From contig JAZRAF010000045.1 of the NCBI GenBank assembly GCA_045634425.1, positions 1 to 54,999 on the forward strand: DNA of 54,999 nt, given 5' to 3'. Shown here one piece after another: positions 38,642 to 46,590 of the stretch. Under the pieces are notes generated by a model. That model was not told the DNA's origin. It worked only from the letters and a program-made list of their open reading frames with translations, and made no database searches. Made by a program: the position numbers and the translations under genes. The stretch comes from Eubacteriales bacterium. GTDB taxonomy: Bacteria > Bacillota > Clostridia > Oscillospirales > CAG-272. The first letter of the stretch is position 1. The number at the start of each line of letters is the position of its first letter.

Positions 38642-39783
38642 GATTTGGTATAGTTGGCTGCGGTAATATGGGTACCGGCCATGCAAACAACTTCCTTGCA
38701 GGAAAGATCGAGAACGGTTATATCAGCGCAGTATGCGACATCAACCCCAAGAAGTTCAAGTTTTTCAAGGAAAAGTTCGGTGACAGCATCAAGTATTACG
38801 ACACCGCAACCGAGATGTTCAAGAGCGGCGAGTGCGACGTAGTTATCATTTGTACCCCTCACTACATCCACCCCGACCTCGCTATCGAGGCACTTGACAA
38901 CAACCTCAACTGCATCGTTGAGAAGCCCGCAGGCGTTTATACCCTTCAGGTAAAGAAGATGCTCGAGAGAGCTGAAAAGTCTGACAAGATCCTCGGTATT
39001 ATGTTCAACCAGAGAACTAACCCCGCATTCAAGAAGATGCGCCAGATGATCAAGGAAGGCAAGATCGGCGATATCAAGAGAACCAACTGGATAATCACCG
39101 ACTGGTACAGAACTCAGTACTATTACGATACCGGCGCTTGGCGTGCGACCTGGGTCGGCGAGGGCGGCGGCGTGCTTTACAACCAGGCACCCCATCAGCT
39201 CGACCTGTTCCAGTGGATCGTTGGTATGATGCCCTCCAAGCTTCGCGCGTTCTGCCATTTCGGAAAGTGGCACAACATCGAGGTTGAGGACGACGTTACC
39301 TGCTATTGCGAGTATCCCAACGGCGCAACCGGCGTATTTATCACCACCACCGCAGACGCACCCGGAACCAACCGCTTTGAGGTTACCGGTACCAAGGGTA
39401 CTCTTATATTTGAGGGCAACAAGCTCTTCTATAAGGAGCTTAAGTGTGACGAGCGTGTGCACTGCTTCAGCACCGATAAGGGATTTGAAAAGCCCGAGTG
39501 TTTGCCCACCGTTGAGGTTGAGCTTGAGGGTGAGAACTCTCAGCACTCCGGCATCTGCAACAACATTGCAAACGCTATTCTCGGCCTTGAGGAGGTATAT
39601 GCTCCTGCAAAGGACGGTATCTATGGCGTACAGCTTGCAAACGCTATGCTCCTCTCCACCTGGCTTGACAAGGAGATCGAGCTTCCCTTTGACGATGAGT
39701 TCTTCTACGAGGAGCTTAAGAAGAGAATCGCAACCTCCAAGCCCCGCGAAAGCGCAGACGACGATATCGTAGCAGCACAGTAA
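38629..39783 (+). CDS. Gfo/Idh/MocA-family NAD(P)-dependent oxidoreductase
   Basis: 384 aa. RFGIVGCGNMG Rossmann motif, VEKP motif, and WRATWVGEGGGVLYNQAPHQLD C-domain motif. Overlaps the upstream gene by 13 nt. Confidence 0.85.
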   Translation: MEKVRFGIVGCGNMGTGHANNFLAGKIENGYISAVCDINPKKFKFFKEKFGDSIKYYDTATEMFKSGECDVVIICTPHYIHPDLAIEALDNNLNCIVEKPAGVYTLQVKKMLERAEKSDKILGIMFNQRTNPAFKKMRQMIKEGKIGDIKRTNWIITDWYRTQYYYDTGAWRATWVGEGGGVLYNQAPHQLDLFQWIVGMMPSKLRAFCHFGKWHNIEVEDDVTCYCEYPNGATGVFITTTADAPGTNRFEVTGTKGTLIFEGNKLFYKELKCDERVHCFSTDKGFEKPECLPTVEVELEGENSQHSGICNNIANAILGLEEVYAPAKDGIYGVQLANAMLLSTWLDKEIELPFDDEFFYEELKKRIATSKPRESADDDIVAAQ

Positions 39784-39784
39784 T

Positions 39785-40789
39785 ATGGAAAAGAAGCAAT
39801 TTAAGGTTGCGCTTATCGGATGTGGATCGATCGCGCTTAACCACTTTATGGCACTCGGGCACGTTGAAAATGCAAAGGTAGTTGCCCTTTGCGACATCAA
39901 GCCCGAAAGATGCACCGCTTATATCGAAAAGTTCGGCTTTGACGCTAAGGTATATACCGATTATATCGAGATGTACGACACCGAGAAGCCCGATGCGGTA
40001 CATATCACTACTCCACACTATCTCCACGCAGAGATGACCATTGCGGCACTTGAGCGCGGCATTGACGTTTTTCTTGAAAAGCCGATGTGCATAAGCACCG
40101 ACGAGATCACAAAAATTCTCGAGGCTGAGAAGAAAAGCACTGCGCGTGTATGCGTTTCCTTCCAGAACAGATTTCTTACCGCTGTGCGCGAGGCTCTTCG
40201 CATCGTCGAGGAGGACGGCGGCGCACTTGGCGGCAACTTCTGCGTTTTCTGGGAAAGGACCGAAAAGTATTACACCGAGTCCGGATGGCGCGGCAGCTAC
40301 GCGACCGAGGGCGGCGGCGTAATGATCAACCAGGCGATACACTCGATCGATATGCTTACCCTTTTCCTTGGCAAGCCTGTTAGTGTTTGTGCTACCAAGT
40401 CCAACCATCACCTTAAGGGTATAATTGAGGTTGAGGACTCCTGTGAGGGTGTTATCGAATTTGAGGGCGGCAAGAAGGCGAACTTCTATGCGACGACCTC
40501 GGCGGGTGTGCGTGACCAGACTGCACTGACTATTATGACCAAGAATCACACCGTCCGCATCGAGCCCCCGGAGCTTTACGTTGACGGCAATCATATTCCC
40601 TTCGAGAAGGAAATTGCGGCGGTCGGAAAGCAATGCTACGGCAACGGACACTACAAGATAATTCCGATGTTCTACGATGCAATTGAGTTCGGAAAGCCTA
40701 TGCCCGTCAGCGCAGAGAGCGCACAGTATGCGGTAAGAATTTTGCTTACTGCGTATAAATCCAACGACGAAAAAACAATAATATTATAA
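39785..40789 (+). CDS. Gfo/Idh/MocA-family NAD(P)-dependent oxidoreductase (paralogue)
   Basis: 334 aa. VALIGCGSIA Rossmann motif, LEKP motif, and WRGSYATEGGGVMINQAIHSID. It starts 1 nt after the previous stop. Confidence 0.85.
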   Translation: MEKKQFKVALIGCGSIALNHFMALGHVENAKVVALCDIKPERCTAYIEKFGFDAKVYTDYIEMYDTEKPDAVHITTPHYLHAEMTIAALERGIDVFLEKPMCISTDEITKILEAEKKSTARVCVSFQNRFLTAVREALRIVEEDGGALGGNFCVFWERTEKYYTESGWRGSYATEGGGVMINQAIHSIDMLTLFLGKPVSVCATKSNHHLKGIIEVEDSCEGVIEFEGGKKANFYATTSAGVRDQTALTIMTKNHTVRIEPPELYVDGNHIPFEKEIAAVGKQCYGNGHYKIIPMFYDAIEFGKPMPVSAESAQYAVRILLTAYKSNDEKTIIL

Positions 40790-40813
40790 TTCCAAGCACG
40801 TCTTGCTTATTTG

Positions 40814-40842
40814 GTGCAAAATTCGACATTTTGTGATATAAT
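40814..40842 (+). promoter_or_regulatory. Candidate internal extended -10 promoter for the SDR gene
   Basis: TGATATAAT (40834-42), with a weak -35 GTGCAA 17 nt upstream. It lies in the 114-126 nt gap after the second oxidoreductase. Confidence 0.35.
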
Positions 40843-40915
40843 GCAAGGCAGAATTGTGTATTGTTGTTGATTAATAATCCAAAAAAAACAATCAAAGAAA
40901 AGGATGTATTTTGAT

Positions 40916-41767
40916 ATGAATTTACCTCTTAATATTGATCTTAGCGGCAAGGTTGCCGTTGTTACCGGTGCGGGCGGCGTGCTCTGCTCCGACTTCGCTA
41001 AGGCTATTGCACAGTGCGGTGCAAAGGTTGCCCTGCTCGACATCAATCTTGATGCGGCTGAGAAGTATGCACAACAGATCCGCGATGCGGGATACACCGC
41101 TATTGCAGTAAAGGCAAACTGCCTTGAGAAGGCAAGCCTTGAGGAAGCAAAGGCTGTTGTTGATGAGAAGCTTGGCGCTTGCGATATTCTTATCAACGGT
41201 GCGGGCGGAAACAACCCCAGAGCTACCACCGCAAACGAGTATTTCGACATCGACGCACTTGAGAACCCCGAGGTTCAGGACTTCTTCTCCCTTTCCGCTG
41301 ACGGCTTCAAGTTCGTATTTGACCTCAACGTAACCGCAGCGTTCCTTACCACTCAGGTATTCGCACGCGATATGGCAAAGAACGGCAAGGGTAACATCCT
41401 TAACATCTCCTCGATGAACGCGTTCAGACCCCTTACCAAGATCCCTGCATACAGTGCAGCAAAGGCAGCGGTTTCTAACTTCACTCAGTGGCTTGCAGTT
41501 CACTTTGCACAGGCAGGCATCAGAGTAAACGCTATTGCACCCGGCTTCTTCGTTTCTAACCAGAACAGAGCCCTTCTCTTCAATCCCGACGGAACTCCTA
41601 CCCCCAGAACGGGCAAGATCCTTGGCGGCACTCCTATGAAGCGCTTCGGCGAGTCTGAGGAGCTTCTTGGCGGTCTTCTCTTCTTCCTTTCTGACGAGGC
41701 ATCCAGCTTCATCACCGGCGTAGTTCTTCCCATCGACGGCGGCTTCTCCGCTTACTCGGGAGTTTAA
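40916..41767 (+). CDS. Short-chain dehydrogenase/reductase (UxuB/YjmF-like sugar-acid reductase type)
   Basis: The track ORF starts at 40904, directly abutting the AAAAGG RBS. ATG 40916 gives MNLPLNIDLSGKVAVVTGAGGVLC (TGxxGxxG). NGAGGN and YSAAK catalytic motifs present. Confidence 0.85.
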   Translation: MNLPLNIDLSGKVAVVTGAGGVLCSDFAKAIAQCGAKVALLDINLDAAEKYAQQIRDAGYTAIAVKANCLEKASLEEAKAVVDEKLGACDILINGAGGNNPRATTANEYFDIDALENPEVQDFFSLSADGFKFVFDLNVTAAFLTTQVFARDMAKNGKGNILNISSMNAFRPLTKIPAYSAAKAAVSNFTQWLAVHFAQAGIRVNAIAPGFFVSNQNRALLFNPDGTPTPRTGKILGGTPMKRFGESEELLGGLLFFLSDEASSFITGVVLPIDGGFSAYSGV

Positions 41768-41770
41768 TAG

Positions 41771-41809
41771 AAAAAGAAAAACGGACATCCCGACGGATGT
41801 CCGTTTTTG
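41771..41809. terminator. Bidirectional intrinsic terminator
   Basis: 11-bp stem AACGGACATCC / GGATGTCCGTT with a 4-nt loop, flanked by an A-run on the left and a T-run on the right. Lies between convergent genes. Confidence 0.85.
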
Positions 41810-41819
41810 TTATGCTTTT

Positions 41820-42710
41820 TTACTCTACGCTAGTCTTACGAAGCTCGGTATGAAGAGCCTTGAAGATAAATGCGTGAGAGGCAAGGTAGCCGGCAAGTGC
41901 AAGCTTGATTATAGCCTGAACCCATACACCGCTGATAAGAGCGAGGATCGCAAGAACTACGTTGATGCCTGCAAAGATGAGGGGAAGAAGATAGGGAGGC
42001 TTATTGCCCTTATCGTACTGAGAGCCCTCAGAGGTAGCAACGAGAGTGTCGTAGTAATTCTTTATGTTGCTGAAAACGATGATGCTGCCGATGGTAAATG
42101 CAAAGGAGATGAAACCAAAGAGAACGGTAACGATAACAGCACCGATGCCGTCCTGCATGGTGTGCACCTTATCTGCAAGTCCAATGCCTGCGTAGCCCCA
42201 GAAGTCAACGACCTCTGCGATGATATCGTAGTTGTTAGCGATATCGCCGATGCCTACGATAGAGCTGCCGAGGATGCAAAGGAACATAGATACGCCTGCA
42301 TCGATGCAAGAGAACACCGCAAAAAAGTAGAGGATCTTAGGAAGGATCGCGATCTTGGATGCTCTGATGCTAAGCTCGGTCTTGCTGTCGCGGTAAAGCT
42401 TGTATGCATAGATGATAGCCACGATAGCGGGAGCGAGTATCGCGGAATGCACGAGGCATGCAGCTATTCTACCAAAGGTAGAGGTGATAAATCCGGCATT
42501 TGCAACACCGGCGCCGCGAAGAAACGCATTAGACACCCACATAAGGACGTAACCAAGTGCCATAAGGCAAATGGATGCGAAAGCGGCTATGTAAGGAATA
42601 GAGGGCTTGCTGCTTGCACAAGCAACAGGCTTAGTTTCTACTTCGGGCTGAGTGCCTTCGGTAACTTCCTGTACGTTTGCAAGTTCCTGCTCACAATTCT
42701 GACAGTTCAT
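41820..42710 (-). CDS. Hypothetical polytopic membrane protein with an N-terminal CxxC motif
   Basis: 296 aa. MNCQNCEQEL..., then about 6-7 hydrophobic helices. AGGAG lies 7 nt upstream of the ATG. No family recognised. Confidence 0.7.
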   Translation of the reverse strand: MNCQNCEQELANVQEVTEGTQPEVETKPVACASSKPSIPYIAAFASICLMALGYVLMWVSNAFLRGAGVANAGFITSTFGRIAACLVHSAILAPAIVAIIYAYKLYRDSKTELSIRASKIAILPKILYFFAVFSCIDAGVSMFLCILGSSIVGIGDIANNYDIIAEVVDFWGYAGIGLADKVHTMQDGIGAVIVTVLFGFISFAFTIGSIIVFSNIKNYYDTLVATSEGSQYDKGNKPPYLLPLIFAGINVVLAILALISGVWVQAIIKLALAGYLASHAFIFKALHTELRKTSVE

Positions 42711-42743
42711 ATATATACTCCTAGAAATTTATTTACTTTAAGT

Positions 42744-42772
42744 ATTATAACATTACCTTACGGATTTGTCAA
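42744..42772 (-). promoter_or_regulatory. Consensus sigma-70 promoter for the 41820-42710 membrane protein gene
   Basis: Minus strand reads TTGACA (42767-72), a 17-nt spacer ending in TGT, then TATAAT (42744-49). Confidence 0.8.
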
Positions 42773-42782
42773 GCGATTAAGG

Positions 42783-42819
42783 AAAAAAACAGGGCTGATT
42801 ATACGTCGGCCCTGTTTTT
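42783..42819. terminator. Intrinsic terminator after the nucleotidyltransferase gene (bidirectional shape)
   Basis: AAAAAAACAGGGC-(loop)-GCCCTGTTTTT. The GC core is 6 bp, extended by A/T pairs. Confidence 0.65.
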
Positions 42820-42839
42820 GTGGATTTTTGCAGATAAAA

Positions 42840-43751
42840 TCAGAAGTTTTCGGGGTAAACTCCGTTAGCTATGAGCTCCTTGAATGCGGCGGTAACGGTT
42901 TCCTTGTCCTCCTTGTAGGTAACGCCGTACCACTTATCGGAGTTGTCAAGGACCTTAACGTCTGCCTTGCCCTCCTTGATAAGCTCGGAAACGACGGTGG
43001 GAAGGAAGAACTCGCACTTCTCGGGGTTGGTAGCGATGCCCTTGTCGAGGAATGCGGGGAATCTTGCGGCACACTCCTTGATGTAAGAGGGAGTGAAGCC
43101 CCAGAGGTTCATAGAAACGAGGGTGTCGGGATCGAGGGGGTAATCAACGCCGTCCTCGGTGAAGTAGATCTCGTTGCCGTTTACACCGATCTTGGTGCGC
43201 TCAACGATCTCGGTGAGCATAGAATTCTCATCAGCCTCGCAAACGCCGCGGGATACGGTTCCCTGCTCGGTTACGGTGTTCTTGATGCGGTAGCCGACCA
43301 TTGCGTAGTGATACTTCTCATCATCGGCGGAATTCTTAAGGAAGTCGTAGATCTTGGTGAATGCGTTTGCGCCGTAGTAGTCATCGGCATTGATAACTGC
43401 GAAGGGTGCATCAACGGTGCCAAGGCAGCAAAGGATAGCGTGTGCGGTGCCCCAGGGCTTACGTCTGCCCTCGGGAATGGAGTAGCCCTCGGGAAGCTTA
43501 TCAAGCTCCTGGAATACGTACTTAACGTTAACGTCCTTGCCTGCAAGGTGAGCGTCCATTACCTCGCGGAAATCCTTTTCGATCTCCTTTTTGATAATAA
43601 AGGTAACGTCCTTAAATCCTGCGCGGATTGCATCGTATATGGAATAATCGATTATGATGTGACCTGCGGCGTCGACCTTGTCGATCTGCTTAAGACCGCC
43701 GTAGCGGCTGCCCATACCTGCGGCCATTATAACGAGCTCGGGATTTTTCAT
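42840..43751 (-). CDS. Sugar-phosphate nucleotidyltransferase family protein
   Basis: The track ORF extends to 43970, across the promoter region. I place the real start at the ATG at 43749-51 (MKNPELVIMAAGMGSRYGGLKQ, G-x-G-S-R NTP-transferase loop), with GAGGAG upstream. 303 aa. Confidence 0.8.
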   Translation of the reverse strand: MKNPELVIMAAGMGSRYGGLKQIDKVDAAGHIIIDYSIYDAIRAGFKDVTFIIKKEIEKDFREVMDAHLAGKDVNVKYVFQELDKLPEGYSIPEGRRKPWGTAHAILCCLGTVDAPFAVINADDYYGANAFTKIYDFLKNSADDEKYHYAMVGYRIKNTVTEQGTVSRGVCEADENSMLTEIVERTKIGVNGNEIYFTEDGVDYPLDPDTLVSMNLWGFTPSYIKECAARFPAFLDKGIATNPEKCEFFLPTVVSELIKEGKADVKVLDNSDKWYGVTYKEDKETVTAAFKELIANGVYPENF

Positions 43752-43788
43752 TTTACAAATCTCCTCTTGGGTTGTTTTAGATAAGTTC

Positions 43789-43817
43789 AGTATAGCACAT
43801 ACGGGGTATATTTTCAA
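43789..43817 (-). promoter_or_regulatory. Promoter for the nucleotidyltransferase gene
   Basis: Minus strand reads TTGAAA (43812-17), a 17-nt spacer ending in TGC, then TATACT (43789-94). Confidence 0.65.
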
Positions 43818-43897
43818 GTAAAAGAGGATTATTTTTTTGTAAAATAGCCTTAATTCGAGAATAAAATCACATATTTCGTCGAAATTTGCATAAGTGC

Positions 43898-43926
43898 TTG
43901 AAAATCGCAAGATATAGTTGTATAAT
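43898..43926 (+). promoter_or_regulatory. Promoter for upp
   Basis: TTGAAA (43898-903), a 17-nt spacer ending in TG, then TATAAT (43921-26). Confidence 0.7.
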
Positions 43927-43960
43927 AATGGGTGAAGAAAAATTGAAAGGACGTGGCAAT

Positions 43961-44590
43961 ATGAGCACACTTCATATAATCGATCATCCCCTTATTCAGC
44001 ACAAGCTTACCATAATGAGAAGCAAGAACACCGCATCTAAGGATTTCCGCGAGCTTCTTGACGAGATCTCGATGCTTATGGGTTATGAGGTAACCCGTGA
44101 CCTTCCCCTTGAGGACGTAAAGGTAAACACCCCTATATGCGAGGCTACCTGCAAGAGAATCGCAGGTAAGAAGCTTGCAATCGTGCCCATTCTCCGTGCA
44201 GGTCTTGGTATGGTAGACGGTCTTCTCCGCCTTGTTCCCGTAGCGAGAGTAGGACATATCGGACTTTACCGTGATCCCGATAGCCACGAGCCCGTAGAAT
44301 ACTACTGCAAGATGCCCCCTGATATCGCAAACAGACTCGTTATCATCGTTGACCCTATGCTTGCTACCGGTGGCTCGGCTGCTGACGCTATCACTATGGT
44401 AAAGGCAAAGGGCGCGACCAACATTCGCCTTATGTGCCTTGTTTCTGCACCCGAGGGTGTTAAGAAGGTACAGGAAGCACATCCCGACGTTGATATCTAC
44501 ACCGCTGCTCTTGACGAGAAGCTTAACGACCACGCATATATCGTTCCCGGTCTTGGCGATGCGGGCGACAGAATTTTCGGCACTAAGTAA
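43961..44590 (+). CDS. upp: Uracil phosphoribosyltransferase
   Basis: The track ORF starts at a TTG at 43886, upstream of the promoter. I place the real start at ATG 43961 ([20 protein letters not shown]). [17 protein letters not shown] motif and the C-terminal [17 protein letters not shown] are present. Confidence 0.95.
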   Translation: MSTLHIIDHPLIQHKLTIMRSKNTASKDFRELLDEISMLMGYEVTRDLPLEDVKVNTPICEATCKRIAGKKLAIVPILRAGLGMVDGLLRLVPVARVGHIGLYRDPDSHEPVEYYCKMPPDIANRLVIIVDPMLATGGSAADAITMVKAKGATNIRLMCLVSAPEGVKKVQEAHPDVDIYTAALDEKLNDHAYIVPGLGDAGDRIFGTK

Positions 44591-45552
44591 TGCGCGAGCT
44601 TATTATTGGAAAGAACGATGCCGGGCAACGCCTTGACAAGTTCATAACCAAGACTCTTGAGCTGCCCACAGGTCTTTTATACAAATCCATCCGCACCAAG
44701 AAGATCAAGGTCAACAGAAAGCGTGCGGAGATAAGCACCGTTCTTTGCGAGGGAGATACGGTACAGTGCTTCCTTGCTGAGGAGTTTTTCGAGCGTGAGG
44801 TGGACGACGGCTCACTTGCCAGGATCACGCCAAAGCTTTCGATCGTGTACGAGGACGAGAATATAATGCTTCTCGACAGGCGCCCCGGCGTTTCGGTGCA
44901 CGAGGATGAAAACGGCTCGACAAACACGCTTATCACACACATACTTGCCTACCTTTATCAAAAGGGAGAATACGATCCCGAAAACGAGCAGAGCTTTACC
45001 CCTGCCCTTTGCAACCGTATCGACCGCAACACGGGCGGTATAGTTATTGCGGCAAAGACGGCCGAGGCTTTGCGCGTGATGAATGAGAAGATAAAGGAGC
45101 GCGAGATAGACAAGTTTTATCTTGCGGCGATACACGGCATACCGAAAAAGAGCGAGGACACTCTTTACGGCTATCTGATAAAGGATGAAAAGAGCAATCT
45201 TGTCAAGGTGTACGATAAAAATCCGCCGCGTGGCGCAAAGAACATCATCACCAAGTACAAGGTGATCGCAAAGAAGGGTGACTCTGCCCTTATTGAGGTC
45301 GAGCTTTTAACCGGAAGGACGCATCAGATCCGCGCACATATGGCGCATATCGGTCATCCCCTTGTGGGTGACGGAAAGTACGGTATAAACAAGGACGACA
45401 GAGGCCGCGGATACAAGTATCAGGCGCTCTACTCCTACAAGCTTCGCTTTGCCTTTAAGGGCGAGGCTACCGCACTTGAATACCTTAACGGTAAGGAATT
45501 CACCATACCGAAAAAGGGTATTTACTTTACAAAGGAATATTTTGAGAGATAA
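44590..45552 (+). CDS. RluA-family pseudouridine synthase with an S4-like N-terminal domain
   Basis: 320 aa. RLDKFITK..., NRIDRNTGGIV catalytic Asp motif, and TGRTHQIRAHMAHIGHPLVGDGKYG. The start overlaps the upp stop (TAATG). Confidence 0.88.
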   Translation: MRELIIGKNDAGQRLDKFITKTLELPTGLLYKSIRTKKIKVNRKRAEISTVLCEGDTVQCFLAEEFFEREVDDGSLARITPKLSIVYEDENIMLLDRRPGVSVHEDENGSTNTLITHILAYLYQKGEYDPENEQSFTPALCNRIDRNTGGIVIAAKTAEALRVMNEKIKEREIDKFYLAAIHGIPKKSEDTLYGYLIKDEKSNLVKVYDKNPPRGAKNIITKYKVIAKKGDSALIEVELLTGRTHQIRAHMAHIGHPLVGDGKYGINKDDRGRGYKYQALYSYKLRFAFKGEATALEYLNGKEFTIPKKGIYFTKEYFER

Positions 45553-45553
45553 G

Positions 45554-45586
45554 AAAATGCCGCAGCAAAAAGCTGCGGCATTTTTT
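45554..45586. terminator. Bidirectional intrinsic terminator
   Basis: 13-bp stem AAAATGCCGCAGC / GCTGCGGCATTTT with a 5-nt A loop and a T-run. Lies between convergent rluA-family and dut genes. Confidence 0.85.
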
Positions 45587-45595
45587 CGTTGTTGA

Positions 45596-46030
45596 TTACT
45601 TTGTGCCGGTGGAGCCGAAGCCACCCTCACCGCGGACGGTGTCGGAAAGCTCGTCGGCGAGCTCGTACTCGGCGGCGAGGAAAGGAAGGATAGCAAGCTG
45701 AGCTATGCGCTCGCCCTGCTCTACCGTTTGGGGTGTGTCGGTATGGTTGTGAAGGGCGACCATAACCTCACCGCGATAGTCGGCATCAATTACGCCGACC
45801 TTGTTGGCGGGGGCGAGACCGCGCTTCGAAGCCAAGCCGCTGCGGGCGAAGATAAGACCGCAGTAGCCCTCGGGGATCTCGACGGCAAGACCGGTATGTA
45901 AAAGAGTTGTCGTATGCGGTGCGACGGTCACGGGGCCGTCGATGGTATAGAGATCCGCGCCTGCGGAATAGCTTGTGCCGTAGGTGGGGATTATTGCATT
46001 TTCGTTAAGCTTTTTGATTCTAACTTTCAT
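45596..46030 (-). CDS. dut: dUTP diphosphatase
   Basis: 144 aa. AGADLY, RSGLASK, GVIDADYRGEV and GERIAQL trimeric dUTPase motifs. Confidence 0.93.
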   Translation of the reverse strand: MKVRIKKLNENAIIPTYGTSYSAGADLYTIDGPVTVAPHTTTLLHTGLAVEIPEGYCGLIFARSGLASKRGLAPANKVGVIDADYRGEVMVALHNHTDTPQTVEQGERIAQLAILPFLAAEYELADELSDTVRGEGGFGSTGTK

Positions 46031-46590
46031 TTGTTTTCTCCGTCATACTTTTTGTCAAGGGCGCAGCCCTCCCAAATTACTATCTCACCCTGCTCACGGG
46101 TTTTGTTCATATCGATTATGCGCTGATTTGACGAGCCACGGAAGCGGAGTCCGAGGCGCTTTTTATCCTGATCAAATCTGCCGTCAACGAGGATGTCGAC
46201 GAGTGCGAGAATGCGCGCGGTGATGGGCAGGCACTTGTAGTGGTTGCCAACGCCCGAGGTAAGCTCCTCGTAGGTATTGCCGGTAAAGAGCCATACCGTT
46301 TTATCGGGAAAGCGGAATTTGAACTCCTCGAGAAAAGGCAGGAGTCCTTCCTGATTTTCGGGCTCCATAGGCTCGCCGCCAAGGACGGTGAGTCCCTTGA
46401 CTACGGGATTTTTAAAGGTGTCGAAGATCGACTCGGCAACCTCGGGGGTAAAGGGGCTTCCGTAGTCAAACGACCAGGTTTCGGGCTGAAAGCAGCCGGG
46501 GCATCTGTTGCGGCAGCCGCTGACGAAGAGGGTCGTTCTTATACCCTCGCCGTTAGCGACGTCACTTTTCTTTATTGCGGCGTAATTCAT
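46027..46590 (-). CDS. nrdG: Anaerobic ribonucleoside-triphosphate reductase activating protein
   Basis: 187 aa. VANGEGIRTTLFVSGCRNRCPGCFQ (CxxxCxxC radical SAM) is typical of NrdG. 4-nt overlaps with the uvrA stop and the dut start. Confidence 0.85.
   Translation of the reverse strand: MNYAAIKKSDVANGEGIRTTLFVSGCRNRCPGCFQPETWSFDYGSPFTPEVAESIFDTFKNPVVKGLTVLGGEPMEPENQEGLLPFLEEFKFRFPDKTVWLFTGNTYEELTSGVGNHYKCLPITARILALVDILVDGRFDQDKKRLGLRFRGSSNQRIIDMNKTREQGEIVIWEGCALDKKYDGENK

Noticed and set aside
38494-39915. 473-aa minus-strand ORF
   Set aside because: Antisense shadow of the first Gfo/Idh/MocA gene. The sense frame has Rossmann and EKP motifs.
40791-40814. Possible terminator hairpin after the second oxidoreductase gene (AAGCA-CGTCT-TGCTT)
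   Set aside because: The stem is only 5 bp and the T-run is poor. That is not enough to call a terminator, so the operon break before the SDR gene rests on the gap and the candidate promoter only.
41850-43784. 644-aa plus-strand ORF spanning two genes and an intergenic region
   Set aside because: It is antisense to the membrane protein and nucleotidyltransferase genes, and it runs straight through a consensus promoter and a terminator belonging to the minus-strand genes. The sense genes have proper RBSs and recognisable motifs.
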